DNA of 64,000 nucleotides from Escherichia coli (GTDB lineage: Bacteria > Pseudomonadota > Gammaproteobacteria > Enterobacterales > Enterobacteriaceae), in NCBI RefSeq assembly GCF_011045215.1, contig NZ_CP049201.1; one strand, written 5' to 3'. The position numbers and the translations under genes are program-made. This document shows, one piece after another, positions 1 through 18,667 of the stretch (the stretch's first letter is position 1; each line of letters begins with the position of its first letter). Below the pieces are notes generated by a model. The model ran no database searches. It worked only from the letters and a program-made list of their open reading frames with translations, and was not told the DNA's origin.

Positions 1-380
1 GTTTCGTGGTGCTCTGTCACGCGCGTGCCAAGTACCGTGCCGTTAAAATCGGCTCCCACCAGCAGCTGAATCGCACCGGAATAGCCATCTGGCGCGGTTG
101 CTTCCAGAACGGCGGCTACCGGTTTGTCATTCTGTTTGGCGATGTAAACCCGATGCTCACCTTTACCTAACTCTGGCGCAGTTACCAGATAGCAACTCTG
201 TGCCAGCGCATTGTTATAGCGTTCGGCTGGCAGCACCTGATCAAATAACGCCTTTTGTTGCAGACTGGCCTGTTCAGCAATCGTCGTTTTGGTCATCTGG
301 TTGATGGCCGCAGTTAACCCTGTTGAACCCGCTGCAAATAGCGCCAACGTAATGCCGTGTTTTCGGATAGTTTTCAGCAT
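1..380 (-). CDS. rsxG: RsxG/RnfG electron-transport complex subunit; N-terminal part only, gene runs off the window start
   Basis: Minus-strand ATG at 378-380 begins MLKTIRK..., matching my recollection of RsxG; lies directly downstream of rsxD in the conserved rsxABCDGE order. Confidence 0.85.
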   Translation of the reverse strand, partial: MLKTIRKHGITLALFAAGSTGLTAAINQMTKTTIAEQASLQQKALFDQVLPAERYNNALAQSCYLVTAPELGKGEHRVYIAKQNDKPVAAVLEATAPDGYSGAIQLLVGADFNGTVLGTRVTEHHE

Positions 381-383
381 GGT

Positions 384-1442
384 TTACCCTTTGCGATGGC
401 CGTAGACGCGCGGACGCGTGTAGTAATCGATCAGAGGAACCGTGATGTTCGCCAGCAGGACGGCAAAAGCCACGCCGTCAGGATAGCCGCCGAAACTGCG
501 GATCAACCAGACCAATAAGCCCGCCAGCGCGCCGAAAATAAGACGACCACGATTGGTCGTAGAAGCGGTAACCGGGTCAGTCAAAATAAAGAATGCACCG
601 AGCATGGTCGCTCCAGACAGCAGATGAATTTGCGGTGCTGCCAGTGTTTCTGGTGAGAACAACCAGCCCAACGTTGCGCATAACGCCAGCGTTACTAAGA
701 AGCTGAGGGGAATATGCCAGCGAATCGCTTTCTGCCATAGCAACCATACGCCGCCAGCCAGCCAGGCGAGATTTACCCATTGCCAACCAGCGCCCGCCAG
801 AATACCGCTGTAGATCGGATATTGCATAATCTGTTCAACCGAATGACCGGCACGGACAGAGGTTTTAAATGTATCCAGCGGTGTCGCCTGACTAATGCCA
901 TCAATACCTAAGCGTAGTGTGTTCATATCACCACCACTGGCGGTATGCCCGCTGAAAATAACCTGTATGGCGTCGATAAAACCTGGGATGTTGACCGCAA
1001 TTTCATGTGGCGGTAACCAGCTGGTCATCTGCACCGGGAAGGAGATCAGTAAGACCACATAACCAATCATTGCCGGATTAAACGGGTTTTGTCCCAGACC
1101 GCCATACAACTGTTTAGCGATGATCACCGCAAACACCGTACCCAGCACGACCATCCACCATGGCGCGAGGGGGGGAATACTTACCGCCAGCAATAAGCCT
1201 GTCAGCAATGCTGAGTTATCTTTCAACGTGGCGGCTACCGACTGTTTGCGTAGTTTGAGTACGAGAGCTTCGGCTAACAGAGCACTGACCGACGCCAACA
1301 GGATCTGAACGAGAGTACCCCAACCAAAAAACCACAGTTGCGCTGCGATTCCTGGCACGGCTGCGAGCAACACCAACAGCATAATGCGCGATGTCTGGCG
1401 CTGGTTATGGGTATAAGGGGAGCTAGCTATTCTGAATACCAT
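384..1442 (-). CDS. rsxD: RsxD/RnfD membrane subunit of the Rsx (Rnf-like) complex
   Basis: 352-aa [29 protein letters not shown]...; recognised as RsxD; operon context. Confidence 0.95.
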   Translation of the reverse strand: MVFRIASSPYTHNQRQTSRIMLLVLLAAVPGIAAQLWFFGWGTLVQILLASVSALLAEALVLKLRKQSVAATLKDNSALLTGLLLAVSIPPLAPWWMVVLGTVFAVIIAKQLYGGLGQNPFNPAMIGYVVLLISFPVQMTSWLPPHEIAVNIPGFIDAIQVIFSGHTASGGDMNTLRLGIDGISQATPLDTFKTSVRAGHSVEQIMQYPIYSGILAGAGWQWVNLAWLAGGVWLLWQKAIRWHIPLSFLVTLALCATLGWLFSPETLAAPQIHLLSGATMLGAFFILTDPVTASTTNRGRLIFGALAGLLVWLIRSFGGYPDGVAFAVLLANITVPLIDYYTRPRVYGHRKG

Positions 1443-3851
<2,409 letters not shown>

Positions 3852-3852
<1 letters not shown>

Positions 3853-4433
3853 TACAACTTCACCAAACCACTAAAGCCCATAAAGGCCAGAGACATAAGA
3901 CCTGCGGTAATTAACGCAATGGCATTACCGCGAAAAGGAGCCGGGACATCAGCCACAGCAAGGCGTTCGCGGATGGCTGCGAAGAGAACCATCACCAGCG
4001 AGAAACCGACAGCGGCGGAAAAACCGTACAGCGCCGACTGCAAGAAATTGTGCCCGAGATTGATATTCAGCAACGCCACGCCGAGCACTGCACAGTTGGT
4101 GGTGATAAGCGGCAAAAAAATCCCCAGCAGACGGTAAAGCACCGGGCTGGTTTTGCGCACCACCATCTCGGTGAACTGCACAACCACAGCAATCACCAGA
4201 ATAAACGCCAGGGTACGCAGGTAAATCAGATTAAGTGGGATCAAAATCCACGTATCGATAAGCCAGGCGCAAATAGACGCCAGCGTCATCACAAACGTTG
4301 TTGCCAGCCCCATGCCCATCGCGGTTTCCAGCTTTTTGGAAACTCCCATAAACGGACAGAGACCGAGAAACTTGACCAGTACAAAGTTATTGACCAGTAC
4401 AGTTCCGACAAACAGTAACAGGTAGTCAGTCAT
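3852..4433 (-). CDS. rsxA: RsxA/RnfA membrane subunit
   Basis: 193-aa hydrophobic [37 protein letters not shown]...; first gene of the rsx operon. Confidence 0.95.
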
Positions 4434-4509
4434 TTTTCGGCCTGAAATAAAAAAGCCGCCTATTATCCGTTAATCCAGAGCAGGCGACAACAGGTTAACT
4501 GTAAGGTTA

Positions 4510-4950
4510 TTACGGATTCACAAACGTCGCTTTCACCCGCGACGAGCGTTTGAAATAGGGGACGATCAATGCGGTTGCCAACAAAGTAAACAGCAACTGG
4601 CGAACGGCTATGCCATCTTCCACGGGTGAAAAAGCGAACGCTTTTACTGCCAGCAATACGGAAATAAGCAGCCAGATAATATAGTGTTTAGGAACACAAC
4701 GCCGACGTTTAAAGAAAGCGATGGTCAACCACAGTGTGTAATACCACATGGCGATAGCAGTAATAAAAGAAACGCCCCATAAGATTTGTGTCGTCAGTGC
4801 TTGTGCGCCGAGCGTTTGAAATGTTTGCGGAGAAGATAACGCAGCGGTATACAGCAACAACGCCAGCGTCGTACTTAACAGAGCGACTAAAAGCCAGGCC
4901 AACGGGCCAAGCAACCAGCCTCCAATACGTTGTGGCGTTGTGGTGGTCAT
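4510..4950 (-). CDS. ydgK: Inner-membrane protein YdgK
   Basis: ORF 4510-4974; likely start at internal Met (MTTTTPQRIGGWLLGPLAWLL...) giving 146 aa; position between rsxA and cnu. Confidence 0.85.
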   Translation of the reverse strand: MTTTTPQRIGGWLLGPLAWLLVALLSTTLALLLYTAALSSPQTFQTLGAQALTTQILWGVSFITAIAMWYYTLWLTIAFFKRRRCVPKHYIIWLLISVLLAVKAFAFSPVEDGIAVRQLLFTLLATALIVPYFKRSSRVKATFVNP

Positions 4951-5035
4951 AGGTTCTCCAGAATAGCGACGCAAACAGGCAAATCTAATTTTAGGGGCGT
5001 TATTATAAGGCTTTTATAACCGATCGCTACTTTCT

Positions 5036-5251
5036 TTATTGGACATAGTGCCAGACGGACTTCGGTACCTGGCCGAGGTCAAACAAACGCCCGCCAGAAA
5101 CCAGCTCTGCGCGACGGTGATCGGCAGCACGATACATATTGATCAGTTCCTGATCGTCCGTCAGGGTGTAATTAAGATGGTCGTAGAGTTTTTCCAGACT
5201 TTCGAGTGAACTGATTTTGCGAAATTTTAATAAGTAGTCCTGAACAGTCAT
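5036..5251 (-). CDS. cnu: Cnu (YdgT), Hha-family OriC-binding nucleoid-associated protein
   Basis: 71-aa [74 protein letters not shown]. Confidence 0.9.
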
Positions 5252-5523
5252 AAAAGGTCCATAAAATAATTAATACCAAAGGGGTAGGTATTATTAGTGA
5301 TGATAAAATTTCACCAAAAGTGAACGCTTGTGTTATTACAATAATAAGAATGCGCTGATGGCAAATATTCAGGGATGAAAAACTGCTCTGAAAAGAGTAA
5401 CGCGCTTTACTATCCCTGACAATCACCAACAACATCGAACAAGATAATAAATTCCTGGTTTAATATCCGACAAGTGAAAACATGCACCCGGACGGGCAGC
5501 ATGTCGCTCTACAAGTGCAGAGC

Positions 5524-5649
5524 TTACTTGTGTTGTACCGTAGTACTCTGTTCAGGTGGCTGATAGTTGTCAATGTGACTCGCCACGCCAAGAAGAATGA
5601 CTGAAACGACAAGAACGATCCAACCTGTTAATTCAATAAGACGATTCAT
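5524..5649 (-). CDS. blr: Blr, 41-aa small membrane protein (beta-lactam resistance / divisome-associated)
   Basis: Hand-translated minus-strand ORF MNRLIELTGWIVLVVSVILLGVASHIDNYQPPEQSTTVQHK; below the 60-aa cutoff of the ORF track; located between cnu and ydgJ. Confidence 0.8.
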   Translation of the reverse strand: MNRLIELTGWIVLVVSVILLGVASHIDNYQPPEQSTTVQHK

Positions 5650-5891
5650 TACAACTCACATCTCTGTTGATTGATCCATTAACTTCAGGGGGTAAATGTT
5701 ACTTAGCAATAATAGCTCCAGCAAGATTTTTACTGAGGTTTTTGCGATATTTAGCTTTTGTCGTTGGAAAAATCGCTATTTTTTTGACTTAAGTTAAACA
5801 ACATCCCTTATTGCTGGCAGGTTATTAAACTGTTGAGCGAGGGTAAAGGATAGTGTCAAATAGCCATCATACTTCAATGAGAGGCAATGAC

Positions 5892-6932
5892 ATGAGCGAC
5901 AACATCCGTGTTGGGTTGATTGGGTATGGTTATGCGAGCAAAACCTTCCATGCGCCCCTGATTGCGGGCACGCCCGGGCTGGAACTGGCGGTTATCTCCA
6001 GCAGTGATGAAACAAAAGTAAAAGCCGACTGGCCAACGGTTACGGTTGTCTCTGAGCCGAAGCATCTGTTTAACGATCCCAACATAGACCTGATTGTCAT
6101 TCCTACACCCAACGATACCCATTTCCCGTTAGCCAAAGCGGCGCTTAAGGCGGGTAAACATGTGGTCGTTGATAAACCCTTTACCGTGACACTGTCACAA
6201 GCGCGAGAGCTGGATGCGCTGGCAAAAAGCCTGGGGCGTGTGCTGTCTGTATTCCATAACCGTCGTTGGGATAGCGATTTCTTGACGCTAAAAGGTTTGC
6301 TAGCGGAAGGCGTGCTGGGTGAAGTTGCTTACTTTGAGTCTCATTTTGACCGCTTCCGTCCGCAGGTGCGCGATCGTTGGCGTGAACAGGGCGGCCCAGG
6401 CAGCGGTATCTGGTACGATTTAGCACCACATCTTCTTGATCAGGCTATTACATTATTTGGTTTACCGGTCAGCATGACGGTGGACTTGGCACAGTTACGG
6501 CCTGGAGCGCAGTCGACCGATTATTTCCACGCCATCTTGTCCTATCCACAGCGGCGAGTCATTTTACACGGTACCATGCTGGCAGCCGCTGAGTCAGCAC
6601 GGTATATCGTGCATGGATCCCGAGGCAGTTATGTGAAATATGGCCTCGATCCACAGGAAGAACGTCTGAAAAATGGCGAGCGTCTGCCGCAGGAAGACTG
6701 GGGCTACGATATGCGTGATGGCGTACTTACCCGCGTGGAAGGTGAGGAACGTGTCGAAGAAACGCTGTTGACGGTGCCTGGGAATTATCCGGCTTACTAT
6801 GCGGCGATTCGTGATGCGTTAAATGGCGATGGTGAAAATCCGGTTCCGGCAAGCCAGGCAATCCAGGTAATGGAGTTGATTGAGCTGGGCATCGAATCCG
6901 CCAAACATCGCGCGACTTTGTGCCTTGCATGA
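5892..6932 (+). CDS. ydgJ: Gfo/Idh/MocA-family oxidoreductase YdgJ
   Basis: ORF 5853-6932; start taken at Met 14 (MSDNIRVGLIGYGYASKTFHAPLI...) to give 346 aa; NAD-binding GxGxxS-type N-terminus. Confidence 0.9.
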   Translation: MSDNIRVGLIGYGYASKTFHAPLIAGTPGLELAVISSSDETKVKADWPTVTVVSEPKHLFNDPNIDLIVIPTPNDTHFPLAKAALKAGKHVVVDKPFTVTLSQARELDALAKSLGRVLSVFHNRRWDSDFLTLKGLLAEGVLGEVAYFESHFDRFRPQVRDRWREQGGPGSGIWYDLAPHLLDQAITLFGLPVSMTVDLAQLRPGAQSTDYFHAILSYPQRRVILHGTMLAAAESARYIVHGSRGSYVKYGLDPQEERLKNGERLPQEDWGYDMRDGVLTRVEGEERVEETLLTVPGNYPAYYAAIRDALNGDGENPVPASQAIQVMELIELGIESAKHRATLCLA

Positions 6933-6966
6933 AAAATGGATGGTGCAATTTGCACCATCCATTTTT
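6933..6966. terminator. Bidirectional intrinsic terminator between convergent ydgJ and add
   Basis: Near-perfect palindrome aaaaatggatggtgcaatttgcaccatccattttt, flanked by A-run on one side and T-run on the other. Confidence 0.6.
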
Positions 6967-6967
6967 G

Positions 6968-7969
6968 TTACTTCGCTGCGGCTTTTTCTCGCAGTGCGCG
7001 TTTTTCCTCAGCGCTGAGGAAAGCCATTTCCAGACCATTAATCTGTGCCTGGCGGATTTGCTCGCGGGATAACCCAGCAGCTGGCGCGGCAACGTTATAT
7101 TCGTGAATGATATCCACTCCCTGTACGCCGGGATCGTCAGTGTTAATGCTGGCACGAATGCCATGATCAAGGAACGTTTTCAGCGGATGTGCAGCCAGCT
7201 CAGCCACGGTGCTGGTCTGAATATTGGAGGTCAGACAGGATTCAATACCAATTTGTTGCTCGGCGAGAAAATCCATCAGCGCCCGATCTTCAATGGCTTT
7301 TACGCCATGTCCAATACGCTCCGCACCCAGTTCACGAATCGCCTGCCAGATGCTTTCCGGCCCGGCAGCTTCGCCTGCATGGACGGTAATATGCCAGCCC
7401 GCATCACGCGCGCGGTTGAAGTGGGAAAGGAACAGACTTCCCGGGAAACCAAGTTCATCACCGGCTAAATCAAGTGCGGTAATCTGGTCACGGTGGGCTA
7501 AAAAGGCTTCCAGCTCTTGCTGACAGGCGGCTTCGCCGAAGGTCCGGCTCATAATGCCGATAAGCTTCGCCTGCACACCAAAGGTGCGGCAACCTTCACG
7601 TACGCCATCGATCACCGCTTCGACAACACCCGCTACAGGCAGCTTATGTGCCATTGCCATGTAGCCTGGTGAAAAACGCAGCTCGACATAGTGCAGGCCG
7701 TTACGGGCTGCATCTTCAATGTTTTCAAATGCCACGCGGCGGCAGGCATCAAGAGAGGCGAGAACTTTAACACCCCAGTCAAGTTTGGTCAGAAAGCTCA
7801 CCAGATCGGGTTCGTTGGCAATGACCTGAACGTGGGGAATCAGTGTTTCCAGGGATTGTGCAGGAAGCGAGATATTATACTGGCGGCCAAGTTCAAGAAT
7901 GGTCTGGGGACGAATGTTACCATCAAGGTGGCGATGGATATCAGTTAATGGCAGGGTGGTATCAATCAT
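6968..7969 (-). CDS. add: Adenosine deaminase
   Basis: 333-aa [40 protein letters not shown]...; recognised as Add. Confidence 0.95.
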   Translation of the reverse strand: MIDTTLPLTDIHRHLDGNIRPQTILELGRQYNISLPAQSLETLIPHVQVIANEPDLVSFLTKLDWGVKVLASLDACRRVAFENIEDAARNGLHYVELRFSPGYMAMAHKLPVAGVVEAVIDGVREGCRTFGVQAKLIGIMSRTFGEAACQQELEAFLAHRDQITALDLAGDELGFPGSLFLSHFNRARDAGWHITVHAGEAAGPESIWQAIRELGAERIGHGVKAIEDRALMDFLAEQQIGIESCLTSNIQTSTVAELAAHPLKTFLDHGIRASINTDDPGVQGVDIIHEYNVAAPAAGLSREQIRQAQINGLEMAFLSAEEKRALREKAAAK

Positions 7970-8072
7970 GGTCGCACTCTTTTTCTGGATATAAAAGTGC
8001 GCACCATTATAAAAACAAAGCAGGGTAAAAATCCACGATTGCGCAACAATTTTTTACGTTGCGCAATTGGGG

Positions 8073-9245
8073 TTAGCGAACAGCGCGGATGGCGTTAATT
8101 AATCCAGCCACACCTTTTTCCAGTTTCGAACGTGGGCAGCCGGCATTGAGACGGACAAAACCACGACCTTCTTCACCGTAGGTATACCCCGGCATGATCG
8201 CGACCTTTTCTTGCTCGATAAGCGCTTTTTGCAACGCGTTGTCGTCAATATTCAATGGACGTAGATCAAGCCAGGCCAGATAAGTGGATTGCGGGATCTG
8301 CCAGTTGAGTTCAGGAAACGCGGCGTTCATTTTATCTGCGATATACGTCAGGTTATCTTTCAGATAGACGCGTAAGGCATCCAGCCACGGCGCGCCTTGC
8401 TGATAGGCGGCGATATGAGCAGTTAACGCCAGTACCGAAGGGGAAGAAAGCCCATCACGGCCTTTCAGTGCCGATAAATAGGCATCGCGGCTACTGCTAT
8501 TTTCTATAATCCCGTAAGCACCGGTCAGGGCGGGAATATTGAAACTTTTCGATCCCGACGTTAGCAACGCCCAGTCTCCGCGAGCCACATTACTCCAGGG
8601 AATATGCGGCTGCTCGCCCCAAACCATATCCATATGGATTTCATCGGAAATAACCCGCACACCATGACGCTCGCACAGGTCAGCCATGATCTCCAGCTCA
8701 TCGCACGTCCACACTTTCCCGGTAGGATTCTGTGGGCTACACAGGAGCATAATTTTACATTCTGGTTTCGCCAACACGGCTTCCAGCTTGCCCATATCGC
8801 AAAACCAGCCGTCAGCCTGCTTCTCTAAAGCAACGGGCATTACTGTGCGCTGGTTACCTTCAATGGCCTTGTAAAATGCGTCATAGGCGGGCGTGTGGAT
8901 CACCACGCCTTCACCTGTTTCAGACCACTGACGAATCAGTTCTGAAACCATATAGATGACAGAAGGGCCATACACCACCGTCTGCGTATCAATTGCGGTG
9001 TAATGCTGGGTGGAAAACCAGTGGGCAATAGCCGCGAGAAATTCATCGTTTTTCCAGCGGCTGTAGCCAAATACGCCGTGCATCAGGCGCTGATTCAGCG
9101 CCTCGATAATGCAGGGGGCAGTGGCAAAATCCATGTCTGAAATCGTGAACGGTAACAGGTCAGCAGTGCCGAAACGGTCAGCGACATAATCCCACTGTGT
9201 ACACCATGTGCCATGACGATCCACGACCTTTGAAAAATCGAACAT
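8073..9245 (-). CDS. malY: MalY, PLP-dependent cystathionine beta-lyase and MalT modulator
   Basis: 390-aa ORF MFDFSKVVDRHGTWCTQWDYVADRFGTADLLPFTISDMDFATAP...; immediately downstream of malX. Confidence 0.95.
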   Translation of the reverse strand: MFDFSKVVDRHGTWCTQWDYVADRFGTADLLPFTISDMDFATAPCIIEALNQRLMHGVFGYSRWKNDEFLAAIAHWFSTQHYTAIDTQTVVYGPSVIYMVSELIRQWSETGEGVVIHTPAYDAFYKAIEGNQRTVMPVALEKQADGWFCDMGKLEAVLAKPECKIMLLCSPQNPTGKVWTCDELEIMADLCERHGVRVISDEIHMDMVWGEQPHIPWSNVARGDWALLTSGSKSFNIPALTGAYGIIENSSSRDAYLSALKGRDGLSSPSVLALTAHIAAYQQGAPWLDALRVYLKDNLTYIADKMNAAFPELNWQIPQSTYLAWLDLRPLNIDDNALQKALIEQEKVAIMPGYTYGEEGRGFVRLNAGCPRSKLEKGVAGLINAIRAVR

Positions 9246-9254
9246 ATCTTATCC

Positions 9255-12050
<2,796 letters not shown>

Positions 12051-12161
12051 TCCTCTCTTTATCTGCTATACCTGGTAGTGTCCTTTCCTCAAGGTTAATG
12101 ATAAAAAATGTGGCACACAGGCGGTGCCTTTTATTTTTACTGAAGTTCACAGGAGGTTTAT

Positions 12162-12929
12162 GTGTTTAATTCTGACAACCTGAGACTCGACGGAAAATGC
12201 GCCATCATCACAGGTGCGGGTGCAGGTATTGGTAAAGAAATCGCCATTACATTCGCGACAGCTGGCGCATCTGTGGTGGTCAGTGATATTAACGCCGACG
12301 CAGCTAACCATGTTGTAGATGAAATTCAACAACTGGGTGGTCAGGCATTTGCCTGGCGTTGTGATATTACTTCCGAACAGGAACTCTCTGCACTGGCAGA
12401 CTTTGCCGTCAGTAAGCTGGGTAAAGTTGATATCCTGGTTAACAACGCCGGTGGCGGTGGTCCTAAACCGTTTGATATGCCAATGGCGGATTTTCGCCGT
12501 GCTTATGAACTGAATGTGTTTTCTTTTTTCCATCTGTCACAACTTGTTGCGCCAGAAATGGAAAAAAATGGCGGTGGCGTTATTCTGACCATCACTTCTA
12601 TGGCGGCAGAAAATAAAAATATAAACATGACTTCCTATGCATCATCTAAAGCTGCGGCCAGTCATCTGGTCAGAAATATGGCGTTTGACCTGGGTGAAAA
12701 AAATATTCGGGTAAATGGCATTGCGCCGGGGGCAATATTAACCGATGCCCTGAAATCCGTTATTACACCAGAAATTGAACAAAAAATGTTACAGCACACG
12801 CCGATTAGACGTCTGGGCCAACCGCAAGATATTGCTAACGCAGCTCTGTTCCTTTGCTCGCCTGCAGCCAGCTGGGTAAGCGGACAAATTCTCACCGTCT
12901 CCGGTGGTGGGGTACAGGAGCTCAATTAA
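12162..12929 (+). CDS. hdhA: 7-alpha-hydroxysteroid dehydrogenase (SDR family)
   Basis: 255-aa ORF with GTG start, MFNSDNLRLDGKCAIITGAGAGIGKEIA...; SDR TGxxxGIG motif; AGGAGG RBS 6 nt upstream. Confidence 0.95.
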   Translation: MFNSDNLRLDGKCAIITGAGAGIGKEIAITFATAGASVVVSDINADAANHVVDEIQQLGGQAFAWRCDITSEQELSALADFAVSKLGKVDILVNNAGGGGPKPFDMPMADFRRAYELNVFSFFHLSQLVAPEMEKNGGGVILTITSMAAENKNINMTSYASSKAAASHLVRNMAFDLGEKNIRVNGIAPGAILTDALKSVITPEIEQKMLQHTPIRRLGQPQDIANAALFLCSPAASWVSGQILTVSGGGVQELN

Positions 12930-13157
12930 TACACTAACGAACCGGTAAACAGCCGTATGTGTTGTTTACCGGGATAGCGTGTGCAATTCATCAACGTCTC
13001 TGCTAAACAACTGGCAGCCAAATCACGGCTATTGGTTAACCAATTACTGGGTGAAAAGTAAACGAATAGAGTGTGCCTTCGCACTATTCAACAGCAATGA
13101 TAGGCGCTCACCTGACAACGCGGTAAACTAGTTATTCACGCTAACTATAATGGTTTA

Positions 13158-13748
13158 ATGATGGATAACATGCAGACTGAAGCACAACCGACACGGACCC
13201 GGATCCTCAATGCTGCCAGAGAGATTTTTTCAGAAAATGGATTTCACAGTGCCTCGATGAAAGCCATCTGTAAATCTTGCGCCATTAGTCCCGGGACGCT
13301 CTATCACCATTTCATCTCCAAAGAAGCCTTGATTCAGGCGATTATCTTACAGGACCAGGAGAGGGCGCTGGCCCGTTTCCGGGAACCGATTGAAGGGATT
13401 CATTTTGTTGACTATATGGTCGAGTCTATTGTCTCTCTCACCCATGAAGCCTTTGGGCAACGGGCGCTGGTGGTCGAAATTATGGCGGAAGGGATGCGTA
13501 ACCCACAGGTCGCCGCCATGCTTAAAAATAAGCATATGACGATCACTGAATTTGTTGCTCAGCGGATGCGTGATGCCCAGCAAAAAGGCGAGATAAGCCC
13601 AGACATCAACACGGCAATGACTTCACGTTTACTGCTGGATCTGACCTACGGTGTACTGGCCGATATCGAAGCGGAAGACCTGGCGCGTGAAGCGTCGTTT
13701 GCTCAGGGATTACGCGCGATGATTGGCGGTATCTTAACCGCATCCTGA
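13158..13748 (+). CDS. uidR: UidR, TetR-family repressor of the uid operon
   Basis: 196-aa ORF MMDNMQTEAQPTRTRILNAAREIFSENGFHSASMKAICKSCAISPGTLYHHF... Confidence 0.95.
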   Translation: MMDNMQTEAQPTRTRILNAAREIFSENGFHSASMKAICKSCAISPGTLYHHFISKEALIQAIILQDQERALARFREPIEGIHFVDYMVESIVSLTHEAFGQRALVVEIMAEGMRNPQVAAMLKNKHMTITEFVAQRMRDAQQKGEISPDINTAMTSRLLLDLTYGVLADIEAEDLAREASFAQGLRAMIGGILTAS

Positions 13749-14086
13749 TCCTCTCATTTCGCGGGCTGGTGATAACTGTGCCCGCGTTTCATACTTTAAT
13801 TTCCCTGTACAAAATACAATCTCCCCGGGATCGGAGAATTCCCCCCCCCAAAATATTCACCGTAGCCATATGTCATGAGAGTTTATCGTTCTCAAGATGC
13901 TCGAACGAACGTTCGATTGCTTATTTTATGGCTTCTGTCAACGCTGTTTTAAAGATTAATGCGATCTATATCACGCTGTGGGTATTGCAGTTTTTGGTTT
14001 TTTGATCGCGGTGTCAGTTCTTTTTATTTCCATTTCTCTTCCATGGGTTTCTCACAGATAACTGTGTGCAACACAGAATTGGTTAA

Positions 14087-17319
<3,233 letters not shown>

Positions 17320-17357
17320 TATTCTATAAAAATAATCAGAACATCAAAGGTGCAACT

Positions 17358-18623
17358 ATGAGAAAAATAGTGGCCATGGCCTTTATTTACCTGACGGCTG
17401 CCTCTGGCCTTACCTCTGCTTACGCGGCGCAACTGGCTGACGATGAAGCGGGACTACGCATCAGATTGAAAAACGAATTGCGCAGGGCTGATAAGCCCAG
17501 TGCTGGCGCGGGAAGAGATATTTACGCATGGGTACAGGGAGGATTGCTCGATTTCAATAGTGGTTATTATTCCAATATTATTGGCGTTGAAGGCGGAGCG
17601 TATTATGTCTATAAATTAGGTGCTCGTGCTGATATGAGTACCCGTTGGTATCTTGATGGTGATAAAAGTTTTGGCTTTGCCTTGGGTGCGGTAAAAATAA
17701 AACCGAGTGAAAATAGTTTACTTAAATTAGGTCGCTTCGGGACGGATTATAGTTATGGTAGCTTACCTTATCGTATTCCGTTAATGGCTGGCAGTTCGCA
17801 ACGTACATTACCGACTGTTTCTGAAGGAGCATTAGGTTATTGGGCTTTAACGCCAAATATTGATCTGTGGGGAATGTGGCGTTCACGAGTATTTTTATGG
17901 ACCGATTCAACAACCGGCATCCGTGATGAAGGGGTTTATAACAGCCAGACGGGAAAATACGATAAACATCGCGCACGTTCTTTTTTAGCCGCCAGTTGGC
18001 ATGATGATACCAGTCGCTATTCTCTGGGGGCATCGGTACAGAAAGATGTCTCCAACCAGATTCAAAGTATTCTGGAGAAAAGCATTCCGCTCGCTCAGGA
18101 TTATGCGCTGAAAGGGGAGTTGCTTGGCTTTTACGCGCAACTCGAAGGCTTAAGTCGTAATACCAGCCAGCCCAATGAAACGGCGTTGGTTAGTGGACAA
18201 TTGACCTGGAGTGCGCCGTGGGGAAGCGTTTTTGGTAGTGGTGGTTATCTGCGTCATGCGATGAATGGAGCTGTAGTGGATACCGACATTGGCTATCCCT
18301 TTTCATTAAGTCTTGATCGTAACCGTGAAGGAATGCAGTCCTGGCAATTGGGCGTCAATTATCGTTTAACCCCGCAATTTACGCTGACATTTGCGCCGAT
18401 TGTGACCCGCGGCTATGAGTCCAGTAAACGAGATGTGCGGATTGAAGGCGCGGGTATCTTAGGTGGTATGAACTATCGGGTCAGCGAAGGGCCGTTACAA
18501 GGGATGAATTTCTTTCTTGCTGCCGATAAAGGGCGGGAAAAGCGCAACGGCAGTACGCTGGGCAATCGCCTGAATTACTGGGATGTGAAAATGAGTATTC
18601 AGTATGACTTTATGTTGAAGTAA
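17358..18623 (+). CDS. uidC: UidC outer-membrane glucuronide porin-like protein
   Basis: 421-aa ORF with N-terminal signal peptide (MRKIVAMAFIYLTAASGLTSAYA) and C-terminal aromatic residue typical of beta-barrels. Confidence 0.9.
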   Translation: MRKIVAMAFIYLTAASGLTSAYAAQLADDEAGLRIRLKNELRRADKPSAGAGRDIYAWVQGGLLDFNSGYYSNIIGVEGGAYYVYKLGARADMSTRWYLDGDKSFGFALGAVKIKPSENSLLKLGRFGTDYSYGSLPYRIPLMAGSSQRTLPTVSEGALGYWALTPNIDLWGMWRSRVFLWTDSTTGIRDEGVYNSQTGKYDKHRARSFLAASWHDDTSRYSLGASVQKDVSNQIQSILEKSIPLAQDYALKGELLGFYAQLEGLSRNTSQPNETALVSGQLTWSAPWGSVFGSGGYLRHAMNGAVVDTDIGYPFSLSLDRNREGMQSWQLGVNYRLTPQFTLTFAPIVTRGYESSKRDVRIEGAGILGGMNYRVSEGPLQGMNFFLAADKGREKRNGSTLGNRLNYWDVKMSIQYDFMLK

Positions 18624-18624
18624 G

Positions 18625-18660
18625 AAAAAACGCCGGAGTGAAAATCCTCCGGCGTTTTGG
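18625..18660. terminator. Bidirectional intrinsic terminator between convergent uidC and ydgA
   Basis: Stem cgccggag / ctccggcg with 8-nt loop, flanked by A6 and T4 runs. Confidence 0.6.
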
Positions 18661-18667
18661 CTGTGAA

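Noticed and set aside
5172-5435. 87-aa minus-strand ORF overlapping the cnu start and upstream region
   Set aside because: Out of frame with cnu and extending into its AT-rich promoter; no support.
12942-12972. 10-bp perfect inverted repeat downstream of hdhA
   Set aside because: A hairpin with no following U-run on either strand; could be a REP-like element or Rho-dependent site, but not supportable as an intrinsic terminator.
13769-14005. 78-aa ORF in the uidR-uidA intergenic region
   Set aside because: Falls in the expected uidA promoter/operator region; no RBS; hydrophobic junk-like translation.
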